This document shows, piece after piece, positions 1 through 11,740 of a DNA stretch of 64,000 nt. The notes under the pieces were generated by a model, which was not told where the DNA came from, did no database searches, and was given only the letters and a program-made list of their open reading frames with translations. Position 1 is the stretch's first letter, and each line of letters starts with the position of its first letter. Origin of the DNA: an uncultured Clostridium sp. (GTDB lineage: Bacteria > Bacillota > Clostridia > TANB77 > CAG-508). Location: NCBI GenBank assembly GCA_945946655.1, contig CAMEWM010000005.1, positions 903-64,902 on the forward strand. The letters are read 5' to 3'. Both the position numbers and the translations under genes were made by a program.

Positions 1-634
1 TTACTTTTCCTGTTCCATGGCAGTTTGAACATGTGGTTTGAACTCTCATCTGTCCTAATAAAGTGGTTTGCATTCTTGTAACAGTTCCTTTACCTCCACA
101 GACAGAACAAGTTTCAGGATGTGTGCCTGGTTTTGCACCTGTTCCAGAACATGTAGTGCATTTTTCATTTCTTGTTATGTTTATTTGTTTGTTAACTCCA
201 GAATAAGCTTCCTCAAAAGTTAGGTTTACATCACATTTCAACGTTGCTCCTTTTGATGGACCATTTTGAACTTTTGATGATGATCTACCTGTTCCAAATC
301 CAAATAAATCTCCTAAATCTCCAAATATGTCTCCGAAACCATCAAATCCTGAGCCGGATGTTGTATAAGAATAATAACCACCATTTCCAGCCCCATTAAA
401 TCCTTGAGGATCAGCTGTCCCAAATTGGTCATACATTTGTCTCTTTTGAGGATTTGACAATGTTTCATATGCTTCATTGACTTCTTTGAATTTTGCTTCA
501 GCTTCTTCTTTATTATCTGGGTTTGCATCTGGGTGATATTTTTTTGCTAATTTCCTGTATGCTTTTTTTAGCTCATCATCTGTAGCATTTTTATCTACTC
601 CTAAAACCTCGTAATAATCTCTTTTTTCAGACAT
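1..634 (-). CDS. dnaJ: Chaperone DnaJ, N-terminal part (C-terminus lies beyond the window edge)
   Basis: The minus frame is open from position 1 to the ATG at 634, which is preceded by GGAGG. It reads [51 protein letters not shown] (J domain with HPD) and lies downstream of dnaK. It is absent from the ORF track because there is no stop in the window. Confidence 0.93.
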   Translation of the reverse strand, partial: MSEKRDYYEVLGVDKNATDDELKKAYRKLAKKYHPDANPDNKEEAEAKFKEVNEAYETLSNPQKRQMYDQFGTADPQGFNGAGNGGYYSYTTSGSGFDGFGDIFGDLGDLFGFGTGRSSSKVQNGPSKGATLKCDVNLTFEEAYSGVNKQINITRNEKCTTCSGTGAKPGTHPETCSVCGGKGTVTRMQTTLLGQMRVQTTCSNCHGTGKV

Positions 635-672
635 TTTTTCCTCCATTTAAATACTAGAGTATATTACATAGT

Positions 673-719
673 ATATATGATTATTCAAATTTCAGAATCA
701 AATTCGAATAATCATATAC
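673..719 (-). promoter_or_regulatory. Long imperfect hairpin in the dnaK-dnaJ intergenic spacer (attenuator or mRNA-processing/stability element)
   Basis: Arms tatatgattattcaaattt / aaattcgaataatcatata (about 19 bp, one mismatch) flank the 7-nt loop cagaatc. No clear U-tract follows on the transcribed strand. Confidence 0.5.
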
Positions 720-733
720 TATTTAAACTCTAA

Positions 734-2599
<1,866 letters not shown>

Positions 2600-2700
2600 C
2601 TATTTTATTCACTTATTATGGTTTTATTTTAACCAATTTATAAATTTCTTATGTTATATATAAATTTAAACAACTTATTGTTTAAAAGTTAAAAACAAAT

Positions 2701-3252
2701 TTAGTTTGCTACTACGACCATAGAATGTCGTATAACTTTATTTCCAATCATATATCCTTTTCTATATTCTTGAGCTACTATTTTTTCGCCGAGATTTTCA
2801 TCTTGAATCATACTTACTGCTTCATGCAATTCTGGATCAAAAGGTTGCCCTACAGCCTCTATCTCTTTTACTCCATTAGCATTAAGAACGTCTTTAAATT
2901 GTTTTAGAACTAATTCTATTCCTTTTTTATATTCTTCATCTTTAGAATCAGCTTCTGTAGCTTTTTCCAAATTATCAATTACTGGTAATAGTGATGACAT
3001 AATGTCTCCTATTATTGAATTGTATAATCCTTCTCTTTCTTTTGCACTTCTTTTCTTTAAATTATCAAACTCTGCTATTAATCTTGTATGTCTATCTTTT
3101 ACATCTTCTAATTCATCTTTTAATTTTGATATTTGTTCATTTAATTCTTTTTCTTTATTTGCTTCTTGTTCATTTTTTACATCATTTTTCTTTTCTGGTT
3201 GTTCTTTTATCTCTTCTTTTTCCTTGTTTTCATTTTTCTTTTCTTTATCCAT
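2701..3252 (-). CDS. grpE: Nucleotide exchange factor GrpE
   Basis: The tail is GrpE-like (RLIAEFDNLKKRSAKERE ... GYMIGNKVIRHSMVVVAN). The start is placed at the third ATG (MDKEKK) after AAGGAAGGA; the track ORF extends to 3297. Confidence 0.9.
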   Translation of the reverse strand: MDKEKKNENKEKEEIKEQPEKKNDVKNEQEANKEKELNEQISKLKDELEDVKDRHTRLIAEFDNLKKRSAKEREGLYNSIIGDIMSSLLPVIDNLEKATEADSKDEEYKKGIELVLKQFKDVLNANGVKEIEAVGQPFDPELHEAVSMIQDENLGEKIVAQEYRKGYMIGNKVIRHSMVVVAN

Positions 3253-4300
3253 TATCATCATCCTTCCTTTTATTTTTATCCGTTGTTTTGTCTTCATTTA
3301 ATTTTTTGCTTACATACTTCATTGCTGATATAACTTTAGAATAGTCCATTCTAGTTGGTCCTATTATTGCTATAGTTCCTAAATCTTTACCTTTTTCTCT
3401 ATGCTTTAAAGTTATTATACTAAAGTCTTTTAATGCTTTGTCCACATTTTCATCACCAATATATACATTTATTTCATCTTGGCTTTCCCCACTGCTTAAG
3501 ACATCTATCATTTGTTTTGTTTTATCTGTATCTAAAATATTTACAAAATTTTTAGCAATATCTAAACTTTTAAACTCTGGTAAATCAAATGATTTATCTG
3601 CCCCTTCCATATATACTGGAATATCTTCATTTATTGCTTTATTTATTTGCTCCAATACAGGTTTTACTACATTTAATATATTCTTCATTTCTGAATGCAT
3701 ATATTCTTCCATTGGTTTGTCTATTTGAGTTAAAGGTCTTCCTTTTAATTTGTTGTTAAATAAATATGTTAATGTATCAACTTGATCTTGAGTTATGTCT
3801 TCATCAAATTTGATTATTGTTTCTTTAATTAATCCATTTTCAGTTAATATTACAGCCATTAATAGTCTAGAACCTAACAAAACAAATTTTACTTCTTGTA
3901 TATTTTGATTAGATACTCTTGGTCCAATTCCAACAGATGTGTAATGTGTAACTTCTGATAATGTCGATGTTGCTATTTTTGTTAAATCTTCTATTTGATT
4001 AACTTTTGTCTCTAGTTGACTTTGTATATATTTAATATCTTGCATAGTTATATCATTGTAATCTAATAATTCATCAACATAGTATCTATATCCTTGAGCC
4101 GATGGAATACGACCAGCTGATGTATGAGGTTTATCTAACAATCCTATCTTTTCGAGTTCTGCCATATCATTTCTAATAGTTGCACTGCTGTAATCTATTC
4201 CATGTTTTTCTACAAGAGATTTTGAGCTTACTGGTTCTGCTGTTTCTATATATTCTTCTACAATAGCTTGTAAGATTCTTCTTTTTCTATTGTCTAGCAT
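3245..4300 (-). CDS. hrcA: Heat-inducible transcription repressor HrcA
   Basis: MLDNRKRRILQAIVEEYIETAEPVSSKSL gives the winged-helix N-terminus. It is the first gene of the hrcA-grpE-dnaK-dnaJ order with CIRCE just upstream. The track ORF start at 4372 would run through CIRCE, so the inner ATG is used. Confidence 0.93.
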   Translation of the reverse strand: MLDNRKRRILQAIVEEYIETAEPVSSKSLVEKHGIDYSSATIRNDMAELEKIGLLDKPHTSAGRIPSAQGYRYYVDELLDYNDITMQDIKYIQSQLETKVNQIEDLTKIATSTLSEVTHYTSVGIGPRVSNQNIQEVKFVLLGSRLLMAVILTENGLIKETIIKFDEDITQDQVDTLTYLFNNKLKGRPLTQIDKPMEEYMHSEMKNILNVVKPVLEQINKAINEDIPVYMEGADKSFDLPEFKSLDIAKNFVNILDTDKTKQMIDVLSSGESQDEINVYIGDENVDKALKDFSIITLKHREKGKDLGTIAIIGPTRMDYSKVISAMKYVSKKLNEDKTTDKNKRKDDDNG

Positions 4301-4314
4301 TTTTTCACCTCTTT

Positions 4315-4341
4315 TTAGCACTTTATTATCATGAGTGCTAA
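4315..4341 (-). promoter_or_regulatory. CIRCE operator (HrcA binding site)
   Basis: ttagcactt-tattatcat-gagtgctaa matches TTAGCACTC-N9-GAGTGCTAA with one mismatch. It sits immediately upstream of the hrcA start. Confidence 0.92.
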
Positions 4342-4420
4342 ACTGTGTATATAATACATCCACTGTTAGCAAAAGTCAATAGTGATTGCTAATTTATTTT
4401 GTGAATTTTTTGTGAACTAG

Positions 4421-4465
4421 ACAAAAAGAAATCCCACCAGCAACCAATGTAGGTTACAGGTGGGA
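4421..4465 (-). terminator. Rho-independent terminator of the GC-rich island gene
   Basis: The 7-bp stem tcccacc / ggtggga has a 20-nt loop. On the minus strand it is followed by TTTCTTTTTGT, directly after the stop at 4472. Confidence 0.6.
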
Positions 4466-4915
4466 AAGGGATTACTGCGCATCCACGTCGCTTCCTGCTT
4501 CGTGGCTTCCTTTGGCATATTTCCCGCTGTTCTTGGCAGACGGGGTAGCCTGAGCTGGGCTCTTCAGCGCACCCTTGATGGCAATCAATGCCACCATCAC
4601 CACGATGGTGATAACGGAGATGATGAAACATTTCTCCATGCTCATCTGCGAATACTCTCGTACCGCAACTCCCCCGATCATTGCGACGCTGAAACGGCAA
4701 ACCTGCCGAGCCACTTTACTGTTGTCAAAGAATTCCAGTGCAACCACCAGAATGGACATCAGAGCGATGACATTTTCCGGAGCGATGGCATCGGTTTTCG
4801 TCAAAAGGACGCTAGCGTCCAGTCCGAGCACGATACCCATCAGCACCGCACTCACTTTCGTTGTGTTCTTCATTTGTTACACTCCCTTGTTTTTATTCCT
4901 TGGTCTTGCCAAGTC
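4425..4915. other. Compositionally foreign GC-rich island (boundaries approximate)
   Basis: There is an abrupt switch from AT-rich flanks to sequence that looks about half or more G+C, with dense CG dinucleotides that are otherwise rare in the window. It carries one gene with its own SD and terminator. Confidence 0.8.
4472..4873 (-). CDS. Hypothetical multi-pass membrane protein encoded on the GC-rich island
   Basis: 133 aa with hydrophobic helices (VSAVLMGIVLGLDASVLL, VIALMSILVVALEFF, FSVAMIGGVAV, FIISVITIVVMVALIAI) and a charged tail. The SD GGGAG lies 9 nt upstream of the ATG and a terminator follows. It is chosen over three overlapping ORFs in the same GC-rich stretch. Family not recognised. 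Confidence 0.6.
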   Translation of the reverse strand: MKNTTKVSAVLMGIVLGLDASVLLTKTDAIAPENVIALMSILVVALEFFDNSKVARQVCRFSVAMIGGVAVREYSQMSMEKCFIISVITIVVMVALIAIKGALKSPAQATPSAKNSGKYAKGSHEAGSDVDAQ

Positions 4916-4956
4916 TAATATTATTATACCATATTTTGTATTTTGTGTAAAGTTTT

Positions 4957-6045
4957 CTATACATTGAACTTAAATAGCACTATATCTCCATCTTGCATAA
5001 CATATTCTTTTCCTTCTGATCGAACAAGTCCCTTTTCTTTTGCAGCAACCATTGAGCCTTCTTTCATTAAATCATCATATGATACTATCTCTGCCCTTAT
5101 AAATCCTCTTTCTATATCTGAATGTATCTTTCCTGCAGCTTGAGGAGCTTTTGTTCCTTTCTTTATTGTCCATGCTCTTACTTCTGGTTCTCCTGCAGTT
5201 AAAAATGACATTAAACCTAATAAATCATAGCTTGCCTTTATAACTTTATCAAGCCCAGATTCCTCTAATCCTAATGCTTCTAGCATTTCTTTTTTATCAT
5301 TACCTTCTAGACTAGATAATTCTTCTTCTATTTTTACGCAAAGTCTTATTACTTCTGCTTTATCTTGTTTTGCATATTCTTTTACTGCATTTACGTTTTC
5401 GTCGTTTTCATCCAATAATTGTTCTTCTGATACATTTGCTACATATAATATTGGTTTCATTGTTAATAAAAAGGCATCTTTTATTACTTCCAACTCTTCT
5501 TCAGAATAATCTAAACTTCTTGCTGGCTTTCCATTTTGTAAAGCCTCTCTAACTTTCTTCCATGTATCAAATTCAAATTGATATTTTTTGTCTCCTTTAA
5601 TTAGCTTACTAGCTCTATCTATTCTTTTCTCAACAGTTTCTAAGTCTGCAAATATTAATTCTAAGTTAATTGTTTCTATATCTCTTACTGGATTTATGCT
5701 CCCATCAACATGTACTATGTTAGAATCTTCAAAGCATCTTACGACTTCGCATATTGCATCTGTTTCTCTAATGTGTGATAAGAATTTATTGCCTAAGCCC
5801 TCTCCTTTGCTTGCACCTTTTACAAGTCCTGCTATGTCAACGAATTCTATTATTGCATGTGTTACTTTTTGTGGATTATACATTTTAGCTAAGTTGTCTA
5901 ATCTCTCATCTGGTACTGGTACCACTCCTACATTTGGCTCTATTGTACAAAATGGATAGTTTGCACATTCTGCTCCTGCATTTGTTATTGCATTAAATAG
6001 TGTACTCTTTCCTACATTTGGAAGTCCTACTATTCCTATTTTCAT
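4957..6045 (-). CDS. ychF: Redox-regulated ribosome-binding ATPase YchF
   Basis: MKIGIVGLPNVGKSTLFNAIT P-loop and the C-terminal TGS-like motif IHSDIERGFIRAE. Confidence 0.96.
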   Translation of the reverse strand: MKIGIVGLPNVGKSTLFNAITNAGAECANYPFCTIEPNVGVVPVPDERLDNLAKMYNPQKVTHAIIEFVDIAGLVKGASKGEGLGNKFLSHIRETDAICEVVRCFEDSNIVHVDGSINPVRDIETINLELIFADLETVEKRIDRASKLIKGDKKYQFEFDTWKKVREALQNGKPARSLDYSEEELEVIKDAFLLTMKPILYVANVSEEQLLDENDENVNAVKEYAKQDKAEVIRLCVKIEEELSSLEGNDKKEMLEALGLEESGLDKVIKASYDLLGLMSFLTAGEPEVRAWTIKKGTKAPQAAGKIHSDIERGFIRAEIVSYDDLMKEGSMVAAKEKGLVRSEGKEYVMQDGDIVLFKFNV

Positions 6046-6132
6046 TTTAATCTCTCCTTTTTATTTATTTTATGAAATATTATTATATAAAATTAAGGCT
6101 AGAGGTTATATAAAAACCTCTAACCTCTTTCT

Positions 6133-6208
6133 TGGAGCCTACAACCAGAATTGAACTGGTGACCTCAGCCTTACCAAGGCTGCGCTCTACCTACTGAGCT
6201 ATGCAGGC
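6133..6208 (-). tRNA. tRNA-Thr (anticodon GGU)
   Basis: A 76-nt cloverleaf, GCCTGCATAGCTCAGTAGGTAGAGCGCAGCCTTGGTAAGGCTGAGGTCACCAGTTCAATTCTGGTTGTAGGCTCCA. The anticodon loop is TTGGTAA and CCA is encoded. Confidence 0.9.
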
Positions 6209-6242
6209 ATATATACTTCCATATAATTAACATGGAAGCTTA

Positions 6243-6872
6243 TTACATGTTATCAGAATTTAAACTTTTAGCTGTTTTCTTTCTTATCCTTTGAATTGCA
6301 TTATCAACAGATTTTACAGGTGCATCTAACTTTTCAGCTATTTTTACATATGATTCCCCTTGAATATATCTATTGAGTACTTTTTTTTCAAAATCACTTA
6401 GTGAATTATCTATTACATTTTCTACATTAGACATATATTCTTTCTTTGTGATTGTATCTAATGGATCTTCTATAATATTAGTCTCTAATACATCCATAAC
6501 TTGTGTTTCATTATTTCCATCTTCATTCTCATATGCTGTCATGTTTAAAGATAAATATGAATTAAGTGGCATATGTTTGCGTCTATTAGATGATTTTATC
6601 GCTGTTATTAATTGTCTTTCTATACATAAATTTGCAAACGATTTAAATGAATTTTGCTTGTCCGGCTTATAATCTTTAATAGCTTTATATAACCCAATTA
6701 AGCCTTCTTGTATTATATCTTCCTTTTCAGCACCAATTATAAAGTATTTATTTACTTTTGAATTGACTAGATCTTTATATTTGCATATTAAAAAATCTAG
6801 TGCTTGTGTATCATCTTTTTTTATAGCTTCTAGTAGTTCCTCATCAGACATATTGTTATAGTTGTTGTTCAT
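6243..6872 (-). CDS. sigH: Sporulation/stationary-phase sigma factor SigH (Spo0H)-like
   Basis: 209 aa sigma-70 family protein with EDIIQEGLIGLYKAIKDYKPDKQNSFKSFANLCIERQLITAIK, typical of SigH. Confidence 0.85.
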   Translation of the reverse strand: MNNNYNNMSDEELLEAIKKDDTQALDFLICKYKDLVNSKVNKYFIIGAEKEDIIQEGLIGLYKAIKDYKPDKQNSFKSFANLCIERQLITAIKSSNRRKHMPLNSYLSLNMTAYENEDGNNETQVMDVLETNIIEDPLDTITKKEYMSNVENVIDNSLSDFEKKVLNRYIQGESYVKIAEKLDAPVKSVDNAIQRIRKKTAKSLNSDNM

Positions 6873-7053
6873 TTAAATAAGTTCCTCCTAATAGTGCCTT
6901 ACTGGTTTGTATTATATGCCACTAATCCTTGTAATGTCAATAACTTTCTCAATATTTTATTACTTTTTTATTCTAATTATAATTTACTTATCTTGATAAA
7001 AGTCCTATTTTAGAGTATAATTGTTTTTAAATATTATTGAAAGGTTAATTTTT

Positions 7054-8835
7054 ATGGCTTTTGATGGGATTGTTACAAAGGCAGTTATTGCTGAATTAAA
7101 TCATTGTTTAATAAATGGAAAAATCAATAAAATATTTGAGCCTAATAAAAATGAAATATTATTAGGTATTTATTCTGGAGGAAAAAACTATTGTTTAAAT
7201 ATATCTATTGATTCCGTTAATTATAGAGTTAATTTAACAACCAATGTTAAACCTAATCCTCAAAATGTTTTAAATTTTTGTATGGTTCTAAGGAAACATT
7301 TATTAGGCGGATGCATTAAAAAAATTTACTCTAATGGTCTTGAAAGAATAATATTGATAGATATTGATTGTTATAATGAACTTAATGATTTAATTAGGAA
7401 AACTTTAGTAATTGAACTTATGGGAAAACATAGTAATGTTATTTTGTTAAATGCTAATTCAATAATTATAGATAGTTTAAGACATTTAAATAAATTTGAT
7501 AATTCCACTAGAGATATTTTCCCTGGTAGTAAATATATGAGTATTATTAGTAATAAATTAGATTTTATCAGCGTAAAAACATTTGATGAATTTTATAGAA
7601 ATTTAAATATAACAACTGATACAAATTTTTCCTTATCTTCTACATTGTCGCAAAAATATAATGGCTTTGGGAAAAATAATATACTACATTTGTTAGAGTC
7701 TTTGAATATTTCTGATACTTCAAATTCTACTACAGATTTAAAGATACTCTATAATTATTTAAAAACTTTGTTATCTACATTGCCTAATGAAGTATCTATA
7801 CAAGAATTTAATGGAAATAAAAAAGATTACTTTATAAGTATTGATAAAGACAAAACAAATACTTTATCAATCAACTTTTCCTTAGATGATTTTTATTATA
7901 CTAAAGAAATTACAGAACAATTTAAATGTTATAGAGATAATGTTTTAAAGCTTGTTTTAAATTATGTTGGCAAAATAAAAGATAGAATACATAATATAGA
8001 TACTAAGCTAAAAGAATGTGATAAAATGGATTTGTATAAATTGTATGGAGAACTAATAACATCTAATTTATATAGAATATCAGATTATCCTCAAACTGAA
8101 ATTACTTTAGAAAACTACTATGATGACAACAAACTAATCTCTATACCATTAGATAAGACAATGAGTCCATCAAAGAATGCCAAATATTTCTTTAAAAAGT
8201 ATAGGAAATTACAAAATACTATCTCAATAGTATTAAAGCAAAGAGAATTAGCAGAAGCTGAATTAACGTATTTAGATAGTATTGTATACGAGATTAGTGA
8301 AGCTAAGACTGTAGCTGATATTGACAATATATATTCAGAGATTTGTGATAACTTGTTATATGATAAAAATGCTAATACTGTAAATAACCATGTATATAAC
8401 ATAAAAGAGTCTAATAAAGCTAAAAAAACTCAGAGTAAAGAGAACTCTAGCATTCAACCAGAGAAATATTTAGTTGATGGCTATACTGTATTTGTTGGAA
8501 AAAACAATAAGCAAAATGATTATTTAACTTGTAAAATAGCACAGAATTCTGATATTTGGTTCCATACAAAAGATATCCATGGTAGCCATGTTGTTTTGAA
8601 ATTAGATAATGAGCCAATAAATTCTAATAAGCTAGACATTTCAAAGACTACAGTTCCAAATTCCATACTATATAAGTGTGCCTCTCTTGCGGCATATTAT
8701 AGCAAGGCAAGAATGTCACAGAATGTTCCTGTTGATTACACTTATATAAAATATGTGAAAAAGCCTAATGGTGCAAAACCCGGAATGGTAATTTATACAA
8801 ATAATAAGACTTTATATGTTAATCCACAAAAATAA
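7054..8835 (+). CDS. rqcH: NFACT-family ribosome quality control protein RqcH (FbpA-like)
   Basis: MAFDGIVTKAVIAELN N-terminus, internal coiled coil, and a C-terminal WFHTKDIHGSHVVLK (NFACT-R) motif. Confidence 0.88.
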   Translation: MAFDGIVTKAVIAELNHCLINGKINKIFEPNKNEILLGIYSGGKNYCLNISIDSVNYRVNLTTNVKPNPQNVLNFCMVLRKHLLGGCIKKIYSNGLERIILIDIDCYNELNDLIRKTLVIELMGKHSNVILLNANSIIIDSLRHLNKFDNSTRDIFPGSKYMSIISNKLDFISVKTFDEFYRNLNITTDTNFSLSSTLSQKYNGFGKNNILHLLESLNISDTSNSTTDLKILYNYLKTLLSTLPNEVSIQEFNGNKKDYFISIDKDKTNTLSINFSLDDFYYTKEITEQFKCYRDNVLKLVLNYVGKIKDRIHNIDTKLKECDKMDLYKLYGELITSNLYRISDYPQTEITLENYYDDNKLISIPLDKTMSPSKNAKYFFKKYRKLQNTISIVLKQRELAEAELTYLDSIVYEISEAKTVADIDNIYSEICDNLLYDKNANTVNNHVYNIKESNKAKKTQSKENSSIQPEKYLVDGYTVFVGKNNKQNDYLTCKIAQNSDIWFHTKDIHGSHVVLKLDNEPINSNKLDISKTTVPNSILYKCASLAAYYSKARMSQNVPVDYTYIKYVKKPNGAKPGMVIYTNNKTLYVNPQK

Positions 8836-8876
8836 TTAGAAGTGAGCCTAAAAAGGTTCACTTCTTTCACATTTCT

Positions 8877-9413
8877 TCATTTTTTATCTTCTTCTGGTGG
8901 ATTTACTATATTTTGTATGTCTGGATCATCTCTTAGTTCTGGTACTATAAAATCAAATGCTCGTTTATCTTGCTTAATAGCTTCTATAGCTATTGTTTTA
9001 TCTTCTCTTAAACGTTTACTTGCATATTTTAATATTAGTCCTTTATTTTTTACCGCTTCTGAAACGACATCATAATCGTCTCTTAACTCTTTACTCACAT
9101 AATATAATATTTGTCCATCTGTTTTTGCTGCTTTTATCGCTAGTTCCTTATCTGCCTTTAACCTTTCACTAGCATAGCAAAGAACCCATCCTTTCTTTTC
9201 AACAGCCTGCATTAAAATATCTCTATCATCCTTTAATCTAGTAGATGCAAATTCTAATGCTCCGCCATCTTTAGTAACTGCTTTCATTACAAGGTCTTTG
9301 TCATCTTTTAGTTCATCCGATGCTCCATCTAGTAATAGTCCATCTTCCTCTATAGCTTTTAATATATATTCTCTATCATTACAATGTTCTACTACGTCCT
9401 CTAAAGTATACAT
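8877..9413 (-). CDS. DUF4116 repeat protein
   Basis: Five tandem ~30-aa repeats of the form A[ST]xxLK/RDDKD/EIxMxAVxKxGxxLxY. Confidence 0.75.
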   Translation of the reverse strand: MYTLEDVVEHCNDREYILKAIEEDGLLLDGASDELKDDKDLVMKAVTKDGGALEFASTRLKDDRDILMQAVEKKGWVLCYASERLKADKELAIKAAKTDGQILYYVSKELRDDYDVVSEAVKNKGLILKYASKRLREDKTIAIEAIKQDKRAFDFIVPELRDDPDIQNIVNPPEEDKK

Positions 9414-9446
9414 TTTAATCCCTTCTTTTTTGTTGTGGTTTTATTG

Positions 9447-9689
9447 TTAATTATTCGACACTTTATACTCTATATTTTCCATGTAAGGGAAAATCTCTTT
9501 TAGCCTTTTATGAGTAATTATAGACAATCTAGGCAAAGGATTCTTTGGATTTTCCGTTAACAACTGTTGTGTATAACTATTTTCTGATGTTTTAAATAGC
9601 TGATATCTATTTCGTACATATGTGTAAAATATAATGTAACCATCGTCTAGCTCTTTATTCATTCTCTCAAATGTATATTTTCCATCCAT
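9447..9689 (-). CDS. Hypothetical protein (80 aa)
   Basis: Compact ORF with tight spacing between ligA and the DUF4116 gene. No family recognised. Confidence 0.5.
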   Translation of the reverse strand: MDGKYTFERMNKELDDGYIIFYTYVRNRYQLFKTSENSYTQQLLTENPKNPLPRLSIITHKRLKEIFPYMENIEYKVSNN

Positions 9690-9703
9690 ATTTGTTCTCC
9701 TTG

Positions 9704-11719
9704 TTATCTAATCATTTCATTAAATTGTTGCTCTGTTATTATTTGTACTCCTAAGTCTTGTGCTTTTGTTAGTTTTGAACCTGCTTCTTCTCCTGCTAAT
9801 ACATAACTTGTTTTCTTTGATACTGAGCCAGAAACTTTTCCGCCAAATTTTTCTATAATTTCTGATGCTTGATCTCTTGTATAATTTTCTAGAGTTCCCG
9901 TTAATACAAAGGTTTTTCCAAAAAATCTTTCATCATATTTTCCTTCGTCTTTATTTTCCAATACCTTTGTATTGACTCCTGCCTCTTTTAATCTTTTTAT
10001 TAAATCTATAGTTTGTTCTTGTCTGAAAAATTCGTATATACTTTCTGCTGTTATGCTTCCTACGTCTTCTATCATACTTAGTTCTTCAAAGCTTGCTGTT
10101 GCTATGTCATCTATTGATTTATATCTCTTAGTTAATCCTTTTGCTGACTTTGTTCCTATATGTCTTATTCCTAATGCGGTTAAAAGCTTATATAGATCAT
10201 TATTTTTGCTTACATTTATTGCATCTATTAAGTTTTGTGCAAATTTTCTTCCATTTTTCTTCAAAGAAGCTATTTCATCAACTGTTAATGTATATATGTC
10301 TGCTATATTTTTTATTAATCCATTATCTACTAATTGCTCTATTATTTTTATTCCTAGCCCGTCAATATCCATTCCTTCTTTTGATACAAAGTGTGCAATA
10401 TTTCTTAGTATTTTCGCATTACATTCTATGCCTATACAACGAGCTACTGCCTCTCCGTCTTCTCTTACAACTGGGGCTCCACATACAGGACAAACTTTTG
10501 GCATTACAAATTCTTTCTCTTCTCCAGTTCTTTTGCTCTTTATAACATCAACTACTTCTGGAATTACGTCTCCCTGTTTTTGTATTACTACTGTATCACC
10601 TATCATTAATCCTTTTTCTTTTATAAAGTCCTCATTGTGAAGAGTTGTTTTTGAAATGGTTGATCCTGCAACTTTTACTGGTTTTAATATAGCTGTTGGA
10701 GTTATTGCTCCAGTTCTTCCAACTTGACATACTATATCTAATAATTTTGTTTCTTTTTTCTCAGGTGGATATTTATAAGCAATAGCCCACTTTGGTACTT
10801 TATATGTTGTTCCTAAAATTTCCCTTAATCTTAAATTATCTACTTTAACAACTGCTCCGTCAATTCCAAATGATAGTTTTTCTCTATCTTCCCCTATTTT
10901 TTTGATTGCTTCTATTGCCTCATCTATTGTACTACATAAAGTTCTTACTGGAACCACATTAAAACCTAAATTAGATAATTTATTTAGCTCGGTAAAATGT
11001 GAATTTTCCGCATCAAATGTGTTTTCATCATATTTTTGTACATTAAATATAAATATATCTAATGGTCTTGAAGCTGTTATTTTAGAGTCTAATTGGCGAA
11101 GTGAGCCTGCTGCTGCATTTCTTGCATTTGCAAATAATGGTTCTTCTAGTATTTCTCTTTCTTCGTTCATCTTTTCAAATTCTTTTGTTCCAATAAATAC
11201 TTCTCCACGTACTGTAATGTTAATTTTCTCTTTTAATTCTTTTGGAATATGTTTTATTGTTCTTAAATTTTCTGTAACATCTTCTCCAATTAGTCCATTT
11301 CCTCTAGTTGCTCCTTGCACTAATAATCCATTTTCATATTTTAGTGCTGTTGATAGTCCATCTATTTTAGTTTCAACTACATATTTTAACTCTTCATTAT
11401 TTTCTTCAGCTACTTTTCTTACTCTTTCATCAAATTCTCGTAACTCTTCAAAAGAAAAAATATCTTGTAAACTTTGCAATGGAACCTCGTGAGTTACTTG
11501 TTTAAATCCCTCTTTTACATGTCCTCCAACTTTTTGAGTTAGAGAATCACGTGTAATAAGCTCTGGAAATTGTTTTTCCAAAGCTTTTAATTTATTCATC
11601 ATCATGTCATATTCATAATCTGATATTGCTGGACTATCCATGTCATAATATAATTTTGCATAATATTCTAATTTTTCACGTAGATTTTTAACTTCTACTT
11701 TAGCTTCTTCTAAATTCAT
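9704..11719 (-). CDS. ligA: NAD-dependent DNA ligase LigA
   Basis: 671 aa. It has the adenylation motif VETKIDGLS, a zinc finger CPVCGAPVVREDGEAVARCIGIEC, HhH repeats and a BRCT tail. Confidence 0.97.
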   Translation of the reverse strand: MNLEEAKVEVKNLREKLEYYAKLYYDMDSPAISDYEYDMMMNKLKALEKQFPELITRDSLTQKVGGHVKEGFKQVTHEVPLQSLQDIFSFEELREFDERVRKVAEENNEELKYVVETKIDGLSTALKYENGLLVQGATRGNGLIGEDVTENLRTIKHIPKELKEKINITVRGEVFIGTKEFEKMNEEREILEEPLFANARNAAAGSLRQLDSKITASRPLDIFIFNVQKYDENTFDAENSHFTELNKLSNLGFNVVPVRTLCSTIDEAIEAIKKIGEDREKLSFGIDGAVVKVDNLRLREILGTTYKVPKWAIAYKYPPEKKETKLLDIVCQVGRTGAITPTAILKPVKVAGSTISKTTLHNEDFIKEKGLMIGDTVVIQKQGDVIPEVVDVIKSKRTGEEKEFVMPKVCPVCGAPVVREDGEAVARCIGIECNAKILRNIAHFVSKEGMDIDGLGIKIIEQLVDNGLIKNIADIYTLTVDEIASLKKNGRKFAQNLIDAINVSKNNDLYKLLTALGIRHIGTKSAKGLTKRYKSIDDIATASFEELSMIEDVGSITAESIYEFFRQEQTIDLIKRLKEAGVNTKVLENKDEGKYDERFFGKTFVLTGTLENYTRDQASEIIEKFGGKVSGSVSKKTSYVLAGEEAGSKLTKAQDLGVQIITEQQFNEMIR

Positions 11720-11740
11720 AATTTATCCTTCTTTTCGTAA

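Noticed and set aside
3245-4372. Long N-terminal extensions given by the track for hrcA, carD-like (to 63108), mtaB (to 52594), cpaB-like (to 29537), grpE (to 3297) and others
   Set aside because: The extensions cover CIRCE, promoters or the upstream gene ends. Inner ATGs have proper SDs and match the canonical N-termini.
4389-4967. Three alternative ORFs in the GC-rich island (4389-4700 minus, 4460-4918 plus, 4575-4967 plus)
   Set aside because: High GC keeps several frames open. Only 4472-4873 (minus) combines an SD, a terminator and coherent TM helices. The others are Arg/His/Gly-rich or lack translation signals.
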